A DNA stretch of 64,000 nucleotides, taken from assembly GCA_026770705.1 (NCBI GenBank), contig JANJGN010000002.1, forward strand, positions 179,118,001 to 179,182,000, written 5' to 3'. The DNA comes from Isurus oxyrinchus. Its lineage: Eukaryota. Below the pieces are notes generated by a model. It made no database searches. It was not told where the DNA came from and saw only the letters and a program-made list of their open reading frames with translations. The translations under genes and the position numbers were made by a program. Shown in pieces: positions 10,651 through 23,619 of the stretch (position 1 is the stretch's first letter; the number at the start of each line of letters is the position of its first letter).

Positions 10651-13600
10651 ACTGAGTAGCGTAGTCTGGTTATTTGGCATTTGCCCTTCTGGGCTAAATG
10701 GCTGCTTATAATATTTACTTCCTACTCCTGTCGTGCTGATATGAAACAATGGGCTACAGTAAAAGAAGGCTGTAGTTCTAGCTCTTCAAGTAGTGACGGT
10801 GTAGGCTTGATTAGAAATTTTCCTTTAAAAAAAATGTAGTGAAACCTCTGAGATGCTTGGTTTCAATATCTGTTTGGAGTTTTGCGAAAGTTTACATATT
10901 CTTCCTCCTACTTTATGTCTCCCAGGCTGCAGGGCAACCTGCACTTTGCCTCTATCAGTGCCAGCAGCTGAGAAGGGGCTATCAGTAATCTGATGAATTT
11001 TGCTCAAATTCTCATTCTACCACCACCCGCCTCGGCCCAAAGTTTAGTTGGAGAAATTGGCAGATAAGACAAGTGATCACCTGTAAGCACAAATCAAATC
11101 TCGGTTGGTCTGTTGGAGCCCATAATGTGCTGTGCTGCTGGGGTATCAACTATCTGTTTCCCCACCAAGTTTAGCCTGATTTAACAAAGGCATGGTTGGA
11201 ATATTTACTGTATGCCACCCACTAAGAAACTGCTTGCAGATGATCTTATTTATCCTGTTTCTGATACTTTGCACATTCAGTGCTTTTTATGGGAGAGGGC
11301 TATTTTTCCTGCTGCTTTTTTAGCATTTTCCCCAAGTTCCCCTCTTTCTGCATCTGATTTCAATGACTTTAGTGAGCAAAAGCTAACTTCTTTGAAGGGG
11401 ATTTCAGAAGTCATGACAGATCAAAGTCTGAGTTCAGAGGTCTTTTTTTTTTGCTTTGAGGTCTGAAGCAGTTGCTTGATTCTGATTGGTGAATGTTGCC
11501 TTGAAGTTTATTTACTACTTGATTGTGATGGTTCTTTTCAGTTAACAGCTCAATGTATTGTCTTGTTTTTTTTAAATTCCTAACTTGTCAGCTGACCAGA
11601 CATGTCCATAGTTGGTTATCTGTAAGGCTGTTCAGAAACTTAACCTGTTAAAATGTCTTACACTCTATGATTGGACTGACCTTTGAAAAGGATTGAAGAA
11701 ACTTGAGCTCTAGAGTCGTATTTATGACTGAGATAATTGAAATTAAGGTGCTGCAATCCTGAAGTTGCTGAACTGCACAGAAGGTTAGGGTCTACTCCTA
11801 AACAATTATAGCCAAATAGTTTTATGTTTTGCAAAATAGTAAACACAGAAAAGTCTCAATATATTAAATTTATGAAATCACTTCAAATAGGATTGTACAA
11901 AGTAGGTTACAATTTCTTTTTCACAAGTTTTAATTCCATTTTCCTGTCATAGGAGACAATTATTTTCTTTTCCCATCTTGAACTTGCCAAGTATTTGCAT
12001 AAGTGTCTGGAAAATATCTTTGTTCCTCTCTAAGGCATTTTGAGACAGTACTTCTGTCCTGCACCATCATCCATGCTCCATCTGAATCTAGGGAGTGTTT
12101 GCTGTGAGCAGATTATATTTAACAGTAACTGATCCTTCATTGCTATAATTTCTGGAAAGCTAGTAGAAGTAACTGTGGAAAATAGTTTTTCTAAAAAACC
12201 GGCAAAAGGAAATCCAGTACTCTTCATGTGATGGCCATTTAAAGTTGTTTTATTATAATCAGAAAGTTTATTTCTATAATACAGTTAGCAGTAAGAATTG
12301 AACTATCCTAAAATAATTAGTTACACCTTTGATATAAACTTTATTTTATCTGAAATCTACCTTTTACAGTTACATTCCCAACTTCTTTTTGTATTGTTTT
12401 ATGCCATTTTGTTTGAGATCCAGACTAATACAATGGTTCTATTTCTCTCTAGGAGCTTTGTTGCTGCTTTAACTTAAACTTGTAGGTCTCTTTAGTCTGT
12501 GAATTAAATGAAATACGTGATGTAGCTGGGGTGTAGGAAAGCTTTCTGATGGGTATTGTACTGATGATCAATTAGGCTTGCAGCAGCTGTAGACGAATAA
12601 GTGACTTATAATGCCCTATCCACAACAGGGATACAGAAATACAGGGACTATAGTTGTGCTTTAGTGTATTTTTGTGTAACAAATTTCTGCAGCTTCACAG
12701 AATTCTGAAATTTGGCTAATTGGAAAGGAAAGGCAGAGCATTCCCTGTCCACAAAAAAAGCATTGAGAGTACACAGTGTTAGAAATAATAAACAAAGTTG
12801 TTTGCAAGCTATTTCTCAGTGAGGGGTGTACACTATCTGAAACTATGCCTTTGCTGAATATTTGTTTAAATTTGGCAAATGTGCTTAAGATTAAAAAGTT
12901 GATAGCTGACACCACCATTTGGAATGGGAAGAAACATTTGGATATGGCTTTTTCTTTGTAATATAATGACAGGCCCCCAAGACCTGAACAGAAGAATGCA
13001 GAAGAACCATAAAATGTAAACAAGGAAGTTTCCTATAGAAAGGGAGGAAATTTAGAAAATGAGAATGTCAGACATTTTATTCTACACCCCCAGACAAATG
13101 AATGTCTGTGACATTCATCAGCTTGTCACAAATTTCTGAATTCTGCTTTGTTGCAAGGTTAACCTCCTTAATAGCTGCAAGTTTCACTCTGTAGATCAGA
13201 TTTTTTCACCAGGTTTTAATTTTGAAAACTGGAGAAATATGATACATTGAGGATTGCAGAAGAATGGAGTCGCAAGCGAGAACAGTCACAAATTATGGAA
13301 TAGCTGCAGATATTCTGGAGCCCAGTTGATCTGGAGCTTGTGCTATTCTTTGGTAATTGTTGGGAACTCGGTTGTGATTGAAGGTTGCCATGTGATATCT
13401 TGCTCATTTTCGATTTTACAAGGGTCAGTCTTGGGTTTCAACTATTTTTCTAATTGGTGAAATGCTTTCACTCTCTTTGCACTATTTTTTGTATTGGTTG
13501 TCTTGGTCTGATGCAGTGTGATTTGGATGGGGAAAGCTTCCTCTCTAATCTTCTAACATTTTGCCTTCAAGGACTAATTATGGCAAAAGATCAGGCACTA

Positions 13601-14884
13601 ATGCTTTTAAGACACTACCAGATCACATGGCAAAAATAAATGCAAAATTCAATCAATTTGCAAGCCATCAACAATCCCATTCAATGGGGTAATTAATAAA
13701 CTTATCCTATTACACTCTGATTCAGCAGTGAATCGAACATTTAAGCGACCCATTTTATTTATAACCTAATTTTATTCTCATTTTGATCATCTTAATGAAC
13801 CCCTTTTTGATACATGAGGCTACTATTCATTGGTTGTGAAGTATACCATGAGTTTTCAAATTGCTATGTGGAACTGATAAAGATGTCTGTAAGATTCTCT
13901 TGGCTTTTGGTCCCCCTTCTCGACCATCTTCCACCAACTTTCTTGGCCTTAATGCTTCTTTGGACTTCAAATGGAGCTCTTACATTTCCATTGCGAACAC
14001 TGTTGTTAAAAGGCTTGATTTGGTCATTTGTGTCACACAATTGTTTTCTCAGAATCTTGTTTTAAAAAATTATGACATCCTATTTTTAGGAGTTTCATCT
14101 TGTACCTCTGATTGAGATGCAAGAAAAGGCTGGTCTCCCCTCATGACATTTCTTGTCTTTATTGATACTTTATTCCTAGAGTTCCTAATAAACTTCAAAG
14201 ACATTGGGAGTGAAATTCAATTAGTCCAAAATGACCATGAGGTTGGCAGTTACTGCTGTCTATCTGTTGCACTGGCAGTAGATTGCAGTTGTTTTGTTGT
14301 CCCTAGAGGAACATTCCTGCTTCATTTGAGCACCCTGATTGGAGATTGCTTGACTTGCAATGTTTAAGTGCATCCCTGGTCCAAATCAGCCGCATCAGAT
14401 TGCAAAATGAAATTTGGAGGTCTAACGTCCATTTTGTAGGCACAAAACAGGTGACCAAAGTTGAAATTCTCTCTCAGTGCCATGTGTTCTTTTTCTTCTT
14501 CCTGTATTTCCACTGTTTTGTAATCAAGACTTGCCATTCAATCGTATATTCTGACTTCTTTCTCAGATGCTAACTCCAGAGCACCTTAACTTTAAGTCTT
14601 TCTGATCAGACTTTGTTTGACCTCCCTCCACATCCCAGAGTCTGGCCAAGGATCGTAACTGGTTTTTTTCTACTTCGGTGTTCACCTGCAGTATGTTCCA
14701 TCACTTTTCACCATCTTTCCAAACATCCAAACTTTGCATCTTCATGAACCACATTGACTCTGTTCTGGATATACATCTATTTGGAACTGGGCTTGGTATT
14801 TAAGTAAAAAGACAGCATGATCATCCATTAATTAATCCAGAGCCACCTTTTTAAAATTCCTACATTACTTTATTTAAGTAAATC

Positions 14885-15456
14885 TAGGCACTTTACAGCC
14901 TTCCGGACTGAATATTGAGTTCAACAACTTTAGATCATGAACTCCTTCCTCCATCCCCACCCCCTTTCCGATCCCCCTTTTTCCAATAATTTATATATAT
15001 TTTTCTTTTCCCACCTATTTCCATTATTTTTAAATGTATTTCATCCATTGTTTTATCTCTATCTTTTAGCCTATTTTGATCCCTTCTCTCTTCTCTCTCC
15101 TCCCCCCCCCCCCCCGCCCCCGGGCTATCTGTCCCTTGCTAATCCTGCTTTCTACCCTTAATGTCCCCATTAGCACATTTCTTAGCTAATATCACCACCG
15201 TCAACATCTCTTTGTCCTTTTGTCAATGACATCTTTTGGCAATCTCCACCTGTCACTGGCCCTCTATCCAGCTCTACCTGTCTCTCCCTTCCCCCCCCCC
15301 CCCCCCCCCCCCCCCACCAGCTTATATTTCACCTCTTTTCTATTTTTGAAACATTAACTGTATTCCTCTTCACAGATGATGTCAGACCTGCTGAGTTTTT
15401 CCAGGTATATTTGTGTTTTTGTTTTGGATTTCCAGCATCTGCAGTTTTTTGCTTTT
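14885..15456 (+). mobile_element. older Penelope family-1-related 3' fragment
   Basis: Encodes LGTLQPSGLNIEFNNFRS* followed by a diverged 3' terminal repeat ending TTCCAGCATCTGCAGTTTTTTGCTTTT. Confidence 0.85.
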
Positions 15457-17414
15457 ATAATATTGTAATCATGTAACCTGGTTTATGTAATAGTTAGCCC
15501 TTTTGAATCTGAATAGCATCTTATCCTTCTGTTTCTCTTTCACCAAGATAAATATTGCTGCATGACCACTTCAAATCCAGTCAGAATCAATCACACTATG
15601 CACAGGGACTGCCAATGATATCCTCAGCCATTTTTTGAGTAGGCTTTCGGACATGTGCAGTCAAACTTGTAACAAATCAAATCACAGGAATGAATGGTAC
15701 TTACCATTTAAAACTTTACAGCTTTAACAACATCTTATACTGTAATTAGCTGGAGGAACTTGTAGCACAGGACTGACTATCTTGTGGCATAGAAAAGCAG
15801 TTTGTTTAACTGGAATGGAAACTCATGAGTGGTCATTTTTGTGTTGATAATTCCATGCAGCTGAATTCATAAAAGTAATTTTCACCACAATTTTTTACAG
15901 ATGAGAATTAGGACTAGCAGCCCTCGGCCAGAAGTACACAACCTTTCACCATCAAAACATCAACTTGAAGAATATATTTAATATACTTTGAGATTTTGGA
16001 AAAGGGGGAGAAAAGTACTTAAATTAATTGAAGACCACTAATAATTTGGTTGCAATTAGTTGTAATTTTGACAAATGAGTATTGAAGTCTGAATATTAAA
16101 ATATGTATTTGTGATATTTTAGGTGGTTGTCAAAGGTTTTTGGTATATTTTCTCATTTTAAATAGGAGCTATGAATTAATGCCTGCTGAGAATATTGTTA
16201 ATGGTTGTAAAATGTGGTACATGTACATGTGGAACAGGCCCTGTCATATCTAGTTCTGTTGTCCACCTTTGAGTTAGTAGTATTCCATGAATGGGTAAGT
16301 TTTCCAATTTTGATCTTATACTTGTAACCTCTTGCATTGCATTGATTTTTGGCTTATATGCTAATGCTGATGAAAGTTGGATCATACTGTAGTGTCATAG
16401 AATGATATTGAGCTCCAAATAATGTTTGTTGCTTAAAAACCAATTAACTGCTTACTACTAAAACTATGCATAATGTCTTCTAAAACAAATTAATATTAAA
16501 GGTAATGGATGCTGTCAGTGAAACAATTGGAATGGCTGTGTGAATACTACATTGCAAAAGAACATGTAGTACTTTTGTACTTGACTTATGTATTACAATG
16601 CACTTAACCTAATGCAAAACTGCTGGACAGTCCATTTTCTATTTACTGTTTAACTGCAAGTTAGTTTTTATTTGATAAGCAAGTAGAACTGATTGTTTAT
16701 TTTTTTAAGAACCATTGCAATTTTTTTCCATTTGAACTAAAAATGGAACTTTAATTAGTTGACAAAATCAGATGTATTAAATGCTTATGTGAAAAATTTT
16801 GTATGCTAAACTGAGCTAAGAATTCATTAACAAATAAATGGAAATATGTATTTCTTTTATCTATGTCTCCTTGTTTGAGTAAACAAAAATATATGCTGCT
16901 AAAATTTCTGCTTGTGTTTGGCTCAAATTTTCTTCTTGAACTTGTATATTGATACTCTATACAGGAGTGTCCAAGCTTTTGTTTTTGTGGATCACATGAA
17001 TACATACCACGAAGTCTCTATGAATATTGTTTCAATCCATTTTCTCATTAAAATAATATATTTTGATACAAGCAGATCTTGCATTTACCCACCAATGAAG
17101 CAAGAATGCAAAGGGAGCAGTTTGCAGACCCTTCATGCGTACAATTTAGAGAACAAACCATTGAATAAGGAATGTAAGTGCAAACAGATGTCACCTGGAC
17201 TTTGGGTGCCACTTGTGGTCCTGGGGAATGCAGATTGGATACTCCTACTTAGTATCTGCATAACATGGGTGGGAAAAAAACCCCACAAAACTAGTGACAT
17301 CTATCGATCACTTCTTAAAAAGCTTTGTGATTCGCTACTTGGCATTTTATTTGGTTCAAAGCCTGACACGCTGAAAACCTTAATTTGTTGTCATGATTTA
17401 TTTTTATTTTGTAG

Positions 17415-17526
17415 GGCTGAGAAAGAGGAACGCATTCGTCAACACCAAGTGGAAGACTCGGCTAGAATTCAACCAATGAGTGCTTTTGCAGTAAGGAACA
17501 GATATCTTTCCAGACTTGGTGCACAA
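17415..17526 (+). CDS. MFSD1: MFSD1-like C-terminal extension exon (AEKEERIRQHQVEDSARIQPMSAFAVRNRYLSRLGAQ)
   Basis: Strong acceptor TTTTTATTTTGTAG and donor GTAAGG. Phase 2 matches the end of the upstream exon (GA|G = Glu). Confidence 0.8.
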
Positions 17527-17998
17527 GTAAGGGAACCATGTGTTGTTATAACATAAACTTGAGAAAAATATTATGAAATAGCAGTTAAGATCAGTTCAAA
17601 TATAAAGGAGTGGTAAAAGTTACACAATGGATTACTTTTATGATTGTGCAATGATATCTTGAATATTTGCCATAGAAACCCAGAAATGACCAAATGGCAG
17701 CTAGTGACTTACTGTACCCTAGAGTAAATCAGTTCTACTGAACAAGAATTCATCATCCAGGATTGGTTTAAAGAGATTTATTGTATTTTTAATTCTGTCT
17801 AGAAGTCAGTCATTTGATTTTCAAATCATGTTGCTTTCCGAATAATATTTTGTTTTTTTGCTGTTTGCAGCATTCCTGGTTTGATGTCAAGGCTAGTACT
17901 GGAAGATGTATATTTGTTTTTATTTTATTCATTCATTTGCTGTAAAATATGTTGCTTGCAAGATGTGGTGAGATCTTTCCGTGTTTTTGCTTTTGCAG

Positions 17999-18058
17999 TT
18001 ACCAGAACATTACAGCCTCCATGGATCTGCACTGGCATATAGGAGTATACTCAAATAA
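17999..18058 (+). CDS. MFSD1: MFSD1-like terminal coding exon (LPEHYSLHGSALAYRSILK*)
   Basis: Acceptor TTTTTGCTTTTGCAG, phase 0, stop TAA at 18056-18058, followed by an AT-rich 3' UTR. Confidence 0.78.
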   Translation, partial: LPEHYSLHGSALAYRSILK

Positions 18059-18547
18059 CTTGAAGATGCACACAGAGAAAATTGCTGCCTTTTAATTTTC
18101 ATAAATCTGAAGTTGGTGAAAAAAGACTGGCAGAAATCTGTTACAATACTTTTCTAATGGAAGAATCATGGATGCACAATCAGATAAAGTTGTTTATTTT
18201 GTACATGCTGTTTTCCACTTGGATAAAAACGTATTTTTCAATGTATCTAAAATAAGTATTTTATTTGTATAATAGCCAATGTTTTAGTTGAATTGGAATA
18301 TGAGAAGTTCAGACGCTTGAACAATCTAAAAATGTCTGTGCTTCAACAAACTTGAAGGTCTAGGAAATTCCGAAGTTTTTGGATAATTTGCACTTCCATA
18401 AATTTTGGCTTTGTAATTTGGGCTGTAATCATTGTTAAAGCTGCAGTTAAATAGCTTATAATTTTGAGAGCAAAGTTACAAATTTTGTTCAGCCTTCATC
18501 AACATGTTCAAGAATTATACATTCATTGTAAATGACCTTTTTGTATG

Positions 18548-18553
18548 AATAAA
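18548..18553 (+). promoter_or_regulatory. polyadenylation signal of MFSD1-like gene
   Basis: AATAAA about 490 nt after the stop codon, with GT/T-rich sequence downstream. Confidence 0.6.
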
Positions 18554-18699
18554 GTGTTTTTGTAAAATTAAATCTTTTCAGCGTGGTTTCATTATTGCTT
18601 AAAAAAAGGACACATGGTTGTAATTAATTGTAGAGTTTAGTAGTGTACATTAGATCAGTTTACCCAAGTGCAGGCCAGACAACGCAGTGATAATGCTAT

Positions 18700-20040
18700 G
18701 AGGGACTTGAAGTTGATTTTAACTTTAATATGGTGCATGTATATTAGTAAGAAATGTGGCTAATGATGGGGCAGGATGTAGGTAGATTTTTGGACAAGTT
18801 GTGGTTTTTGAAGGGTGGAGCAAGTAAGTCCAGAAGTGAATAAGCATTTTAGTAGTAGATGGGCTGAGGGCAGGAATCAAGTCAGTCTGCTGTTGAGGTG
18901 GCAGTAGATGTAGATGGGACGTGAGGTTTGAAACTCAGCTTTGATTTGAGCAGGGTTGTCACAGCTTTGCATGACCGGTTCAGCCAGAGTAAGTGTCAAA
19001 AGTCTGTGGGAAGGGAGTGGGAGCACAAAACTATGGCTTTGATATCTCTGATGTTCAATTTGAGGAAGGTGGCAGTCATCAATGATGATGTCAGACAAAC
19101 AGTTGAACAGCACAACTGGTTAAGGGATCGAGAGAGGTGGTTGAAACATGGACCTGATGTCAGCCTATACACAGAAATTGGCCCTGTGATAAATGGGTGA
19201 TGCTGCTTAGGGGACAACCTATTGATAGATTAATGGAGGATAGATTATTGATCTGGACAATAATGAAGGAACAAGTTGAGAAGCCATTGCTGGAGATGTG
19301 CCAATTGTGTTTTAATAAGTAGGAATGAAACCATGCGAGAATGATTCCACGGGCCTGGACAGTGAAGGAGAGACAGACAAGGGTGGATAGTTTATTGTAT
19401 CAATGCTGTGGAGAGATTCAGGTTGAAGAGAGATTTCACTATAGACATGGTCATAAAGGAAGTGATTCACGTTTTTGCCTCGAACCATCTCAAAATGGTT
19501 TAAAAAAATGTGGAAGCTAAGCTGAAGGGATTCAAACAGGCAGTCTTGAGAGATGGAATTTAGAGGTGTTACATTTGAGACCCTGGACAAGAAAGGGTCC
19601 AGGGTGGGATTTTCAAGGAAGGGCTGATGGTAATTTTGTAAGGAGAGACAGGGTTCAGAGATCAGCTGGAGAGCAAGCTTGGAGCCTGCAAAAAAAAAAA
19701 GTGGGTAACACTGCACAATGATGGTGTCATAGAACAAGTGGCAGACAGGAAGGAAGTCGTAAAGGCAGCTACGTAGATTGTATCAATCTATGAAATAATT
19801 CTTTATTCCTCACAATTGAAGGTGAGAGAAAAGTCTGAGGAGGCAGTTCACCCCAGAGAAGATGATCTTGGGTTGCCTTGCCTTCCAGGATGATTCTGGA
19901 ATAATGGGTGGTTTTGGCTAAAGGGAACAAGGCATGGTACAACTTAACATAGTTTAGCCAAATCTGGTGATTGGTGACTGGACAGTATATATGCCAAGTG
20001 TCCTTGAGTTAGTAGTGAGTGAATTATCAACTTAGTTTAT
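18700..20040 (-). mobile_element. highly degraded L2/CR1-group LINE
   Basis: Purine-rich antisense composition and remnant peptide LISEPCLSLQNYHQPFLENPTLDP. Confidence 0.4.
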
Positions 20041-22497
20041 TTTAATGTTCCATTAGGTTATATCCCAGCTTCATCAGATCCTTCCTGGGATATATTCCGG
20101 CTTAAAATTTAAAGCAGAAAGTAATAAAAATGAAACTGGAGTAGTAAATAGTGCAGTTCTCCACAAACCAGGTCTCGTTGCCCTGTTGTTATACTTCACA
20201 AAGTTTTGGAGAAACTTAGTTCTATAACTAGGTGACGTGATTTGGAGATTAACAGCATTTAAATCATCTGGAAGTTCAGCAATGGTACATTTTAATGTGT
20301 TTTTTTGGAATGATAATATCCAATGCCTGAATATGAAAAGGTGGTCCAGATTTGTGATTACTGACTTTCATATCCAGTTCATAATCAATATGATCTGTTT
20401 ATTAAATAAACTCCTAACATGGCTTAAATACCATGTACCTAAGAGGTACAAAGCAAAATACTGCAGATACAGGAAATCTAAAGTAAAAACAGAAAATGTT
20501 GGAAATGCTCAACAGCGCTGGCAGCATCTGTAGAGAGAGAAACAGCATTAATATTTCAGGTCACTGGTCCAGTTTTCTCAAAAGATCATTGACTTGAAAT
20601 GACCATCTGAAAAGTATTATGAGTAAATCAAAAACTTATTCTGAGCAGGTATAAACTGAGATCTCAGATGTGGAATATTATCTGCAGTTTTGTTACTTTA
20701 CCAACAAAAGTTAGTGTATTGGAGAGGGTTGGGATTTACTTACCTTGACAAGCATGAAATGCAGTTTTTGGAAATAGGAGAAATTACTGCAGCATAAACT
20801 TGCACCATTTTATTATAAATAACAGTGCTTGAACTTAAATATAGTTTTATTTTTTAAGATATTAAATTAATTTAAAATAGTGATTTAAGGTGGCTGTTGC
20901 AAAATAGTCCATGTCTGTCCATTTAGAAATGTTGCACTGTGAATGCCTATTTTATGCATCATATTGAACTGTATACTTGCACCTATAATAAGAGAGCGAG
21001 GGAGTCTAGACATGACGTGATAGAGCTTTGTGTTCTTTTGTTGAATGTTGCACTCACAAACTTAAATTCACTGTGGTTTGCCTTTACTTCTTAACAGGGC
21101 ATTGTTGCCAGTTTAAGCATTTTCTGCATACGAAGATCCCATGAATAGTATAGATCAATTAATATATATTATAACTCTATCATTGTGACTTACTTGGAAG
21201 GAAGATGCTTTGCAGAACCTTATGTTAGGCAGCGTAAATGGATCAGAGTATAATATGTGGTAAACTTAATTATACATGCATTATATCCAGAAGAAATGTA
21301 CTTGATGAGCCAAAATGGTTTGTTGTTCTACTCTTTTACATTCTTATTGGGTTTCCAGTAGGGCCATTGATTGTGCTCAAGAATGGGAAGAATTGAATAG
21401 GGAAACGAAACTGCAACATTTTAAAAATAAATGTATATGATTTCCTCCAACCCAGAGGATTTGAGACCAAGGAGTTTTTTTTTGAAAATTAGAACTTCAC
21501 AATGTTTTCAGTCTACAAAATATATGTTGAGGATGGAATGAAATAAATCTTAAATTACAGAGAATGAGGCATTCATAGCTTTAAGTTTTATGATCTTCAG
21601 AGAGAGCAATAACTTTAAGATTCAAGTTTCCAGTAACTAGCTGAGAATGATGGCAAGATTTCATGTTTTAAAATCTTTACTGTAACAAACGACTAAAAAA
21701 ACTTGACTAAGCACTTCTTTTTGTAGGCAACTTGTACTTTAAGCTACAGAAAGTGACACACCCCTTGTATACTTATCACTCGCACTCTCCACAGAAATAG
21801 AGTCCTTTTAGCAAACAGTCCACAGTTATTCCCAGCTTCCAATGGGTTCCCGTATTCCTATTTCGCCAAGTAGTAACTTGAAGTGACCATCTCCAGGTAC
21901 TTTCCTCAGTTTTTAGAGTTTCTTAAATCTACCACCAGCAGCAAACCCTCTTCTAATGATTCTCCTTCACCACCCCGCCCAACCATGCCAGGACAAATCT
22001 CCTTGAATCCTTAGAAGGCTGCATGAGGCATCTCATCGATTAGAGGCTATCTCCCTCCTGCATCTGGCCGTGGCAAAGCCAAGCAGTCTTTCTCAGCTGA
22101 CCACACAAGCTGCTGTCTGTCTGTGATATCCATTGATTTGTAGGCAAACCTATAACCTGATCTCCAAAGTGACAGCTTCTGTCCTGTTCCCCATGGCAAC
22201 ATGAAATACATTAACCTTGCATCCAGGTAGAAATGCTAATTAGCTATCCTTGATTCGAACTCTCATCTTGGAAATAAATGTACAGCTGAAAGCACAACTA
22301 TTTATAATCTGGTAACGTCAACACCATTCAGGGACGTCAGGAAAGTCAGTCTAATTGTAAACACAGAGTTGCTGCATTGTTTCCAAGCATAAATACCTCG
22401 CACCATTTTCTCAGTAAAACAATCTAAGCCTTTACTTGATCTCTAACAATCAAACCACTCAAGTTTACTGTTAGGCAGACTGTAGAACAGAACAGGC

Positions 22498-23247
22498 TGT
22501 TATGACAATGTGAAGTTATTTAAAAATCCCAGAGGGAAACTTTAAACGACTGTCATAACCTATAATTTTGTGTTATGTTTGAGATGCAATTCTAAATTTG
22601 GGAATCAGACCACCAGTTCTTGAGGTTTTACATTAAACTAAATGAAACAAATTAATTTACACAGGTTAAAATATATATGCACATGGCTATAAATTACTAC
22701 TATCATAACTTTTAACAAATTTCCAAACTAATTTCCATTAAGGCAACAGCGACCCATAGACTTAATCAAACACCAGACAAAGCATTTTCACCTTACGAAT
22801 TCAAAATGAGGTTCCTTTCACTTTGTTCCTGTGGAGTCAGTTGGAGGCTTACAGCTGCTTTGATGTTACATTGCCTCTATCCTGCACACCCAAAGCTGCT
22901 AAAGTTGTACCTACCACCACCGATTGAATGTAAATTCTCATTATCTCACCAGCCTCTTTGAACTCCACCTTTTAACAATGAAACCCCTCTCATAGTACCA
23001 ATTTTATTAGTAATATAAATATATTGCTTGGTAGCTGCTAGATAGGCATCAAGTTTTCACCCCACTTCTTGAATGCTCTACTCAAAAAATGCAAATGCAC
23101 ACTAACTCTCACATATTGAAACTAGTACACATCAAAGCACCCAGACTAGTTGGCTTTAATCCAGTTAAGACACATCCACAGACTAAAGCTCTTTTTTAAA
23201 ATAAAAATATTTTCCAAAATATTATGTAGATTAATAGCTTCATGACA
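22498..23247. mobile_element. solo LTR with 5-bp TSD (CAGGC)
   Basis: TGTTATGA...TCATGACA termini; CAGGC at 22493-22497 and 23248-23252. Homologous to 45574-46686. Confidence 0.85.
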
Positions 23248-23619
23248 CAGGCCACATGACATCTAAATAAAACGCTACAGTCTCAAAATACAATAATGTG
23301 ACAAACCTAAACTGTATCAAACTAAAATATATTCAACTAAGTGGTGTTACAGTTCACTCAATGAGTCTAAGTTGCTGTCGTAGTCTGAAGCTACGGATAG
23401 TGATGGTAGTGGCTCCAAATGTTCTTTCCATCATATGGCTGACGAGGAATCTCTTCCACTTTTATCACTTGCCATTGGTATGTAATGGAAGGATTTGCAG
23501 GTTGATACTCAACCTATTTGGCTGTGTTATGAACGCACCTTCACTGGCCATCAAGTCCTGAGGTGGAACTCAAACCAGGAGTTTCTGGCTCAGAGACAAC
23601 CCTCTGTGTCACAATACTA

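Noticed and set aside
16912-17556. 214-aa ORF as a standalone gene
   Set aside because: Only 17415-17526 is bounded by splice sites; the rest looks like an intronic open frame with no recognisable motif.
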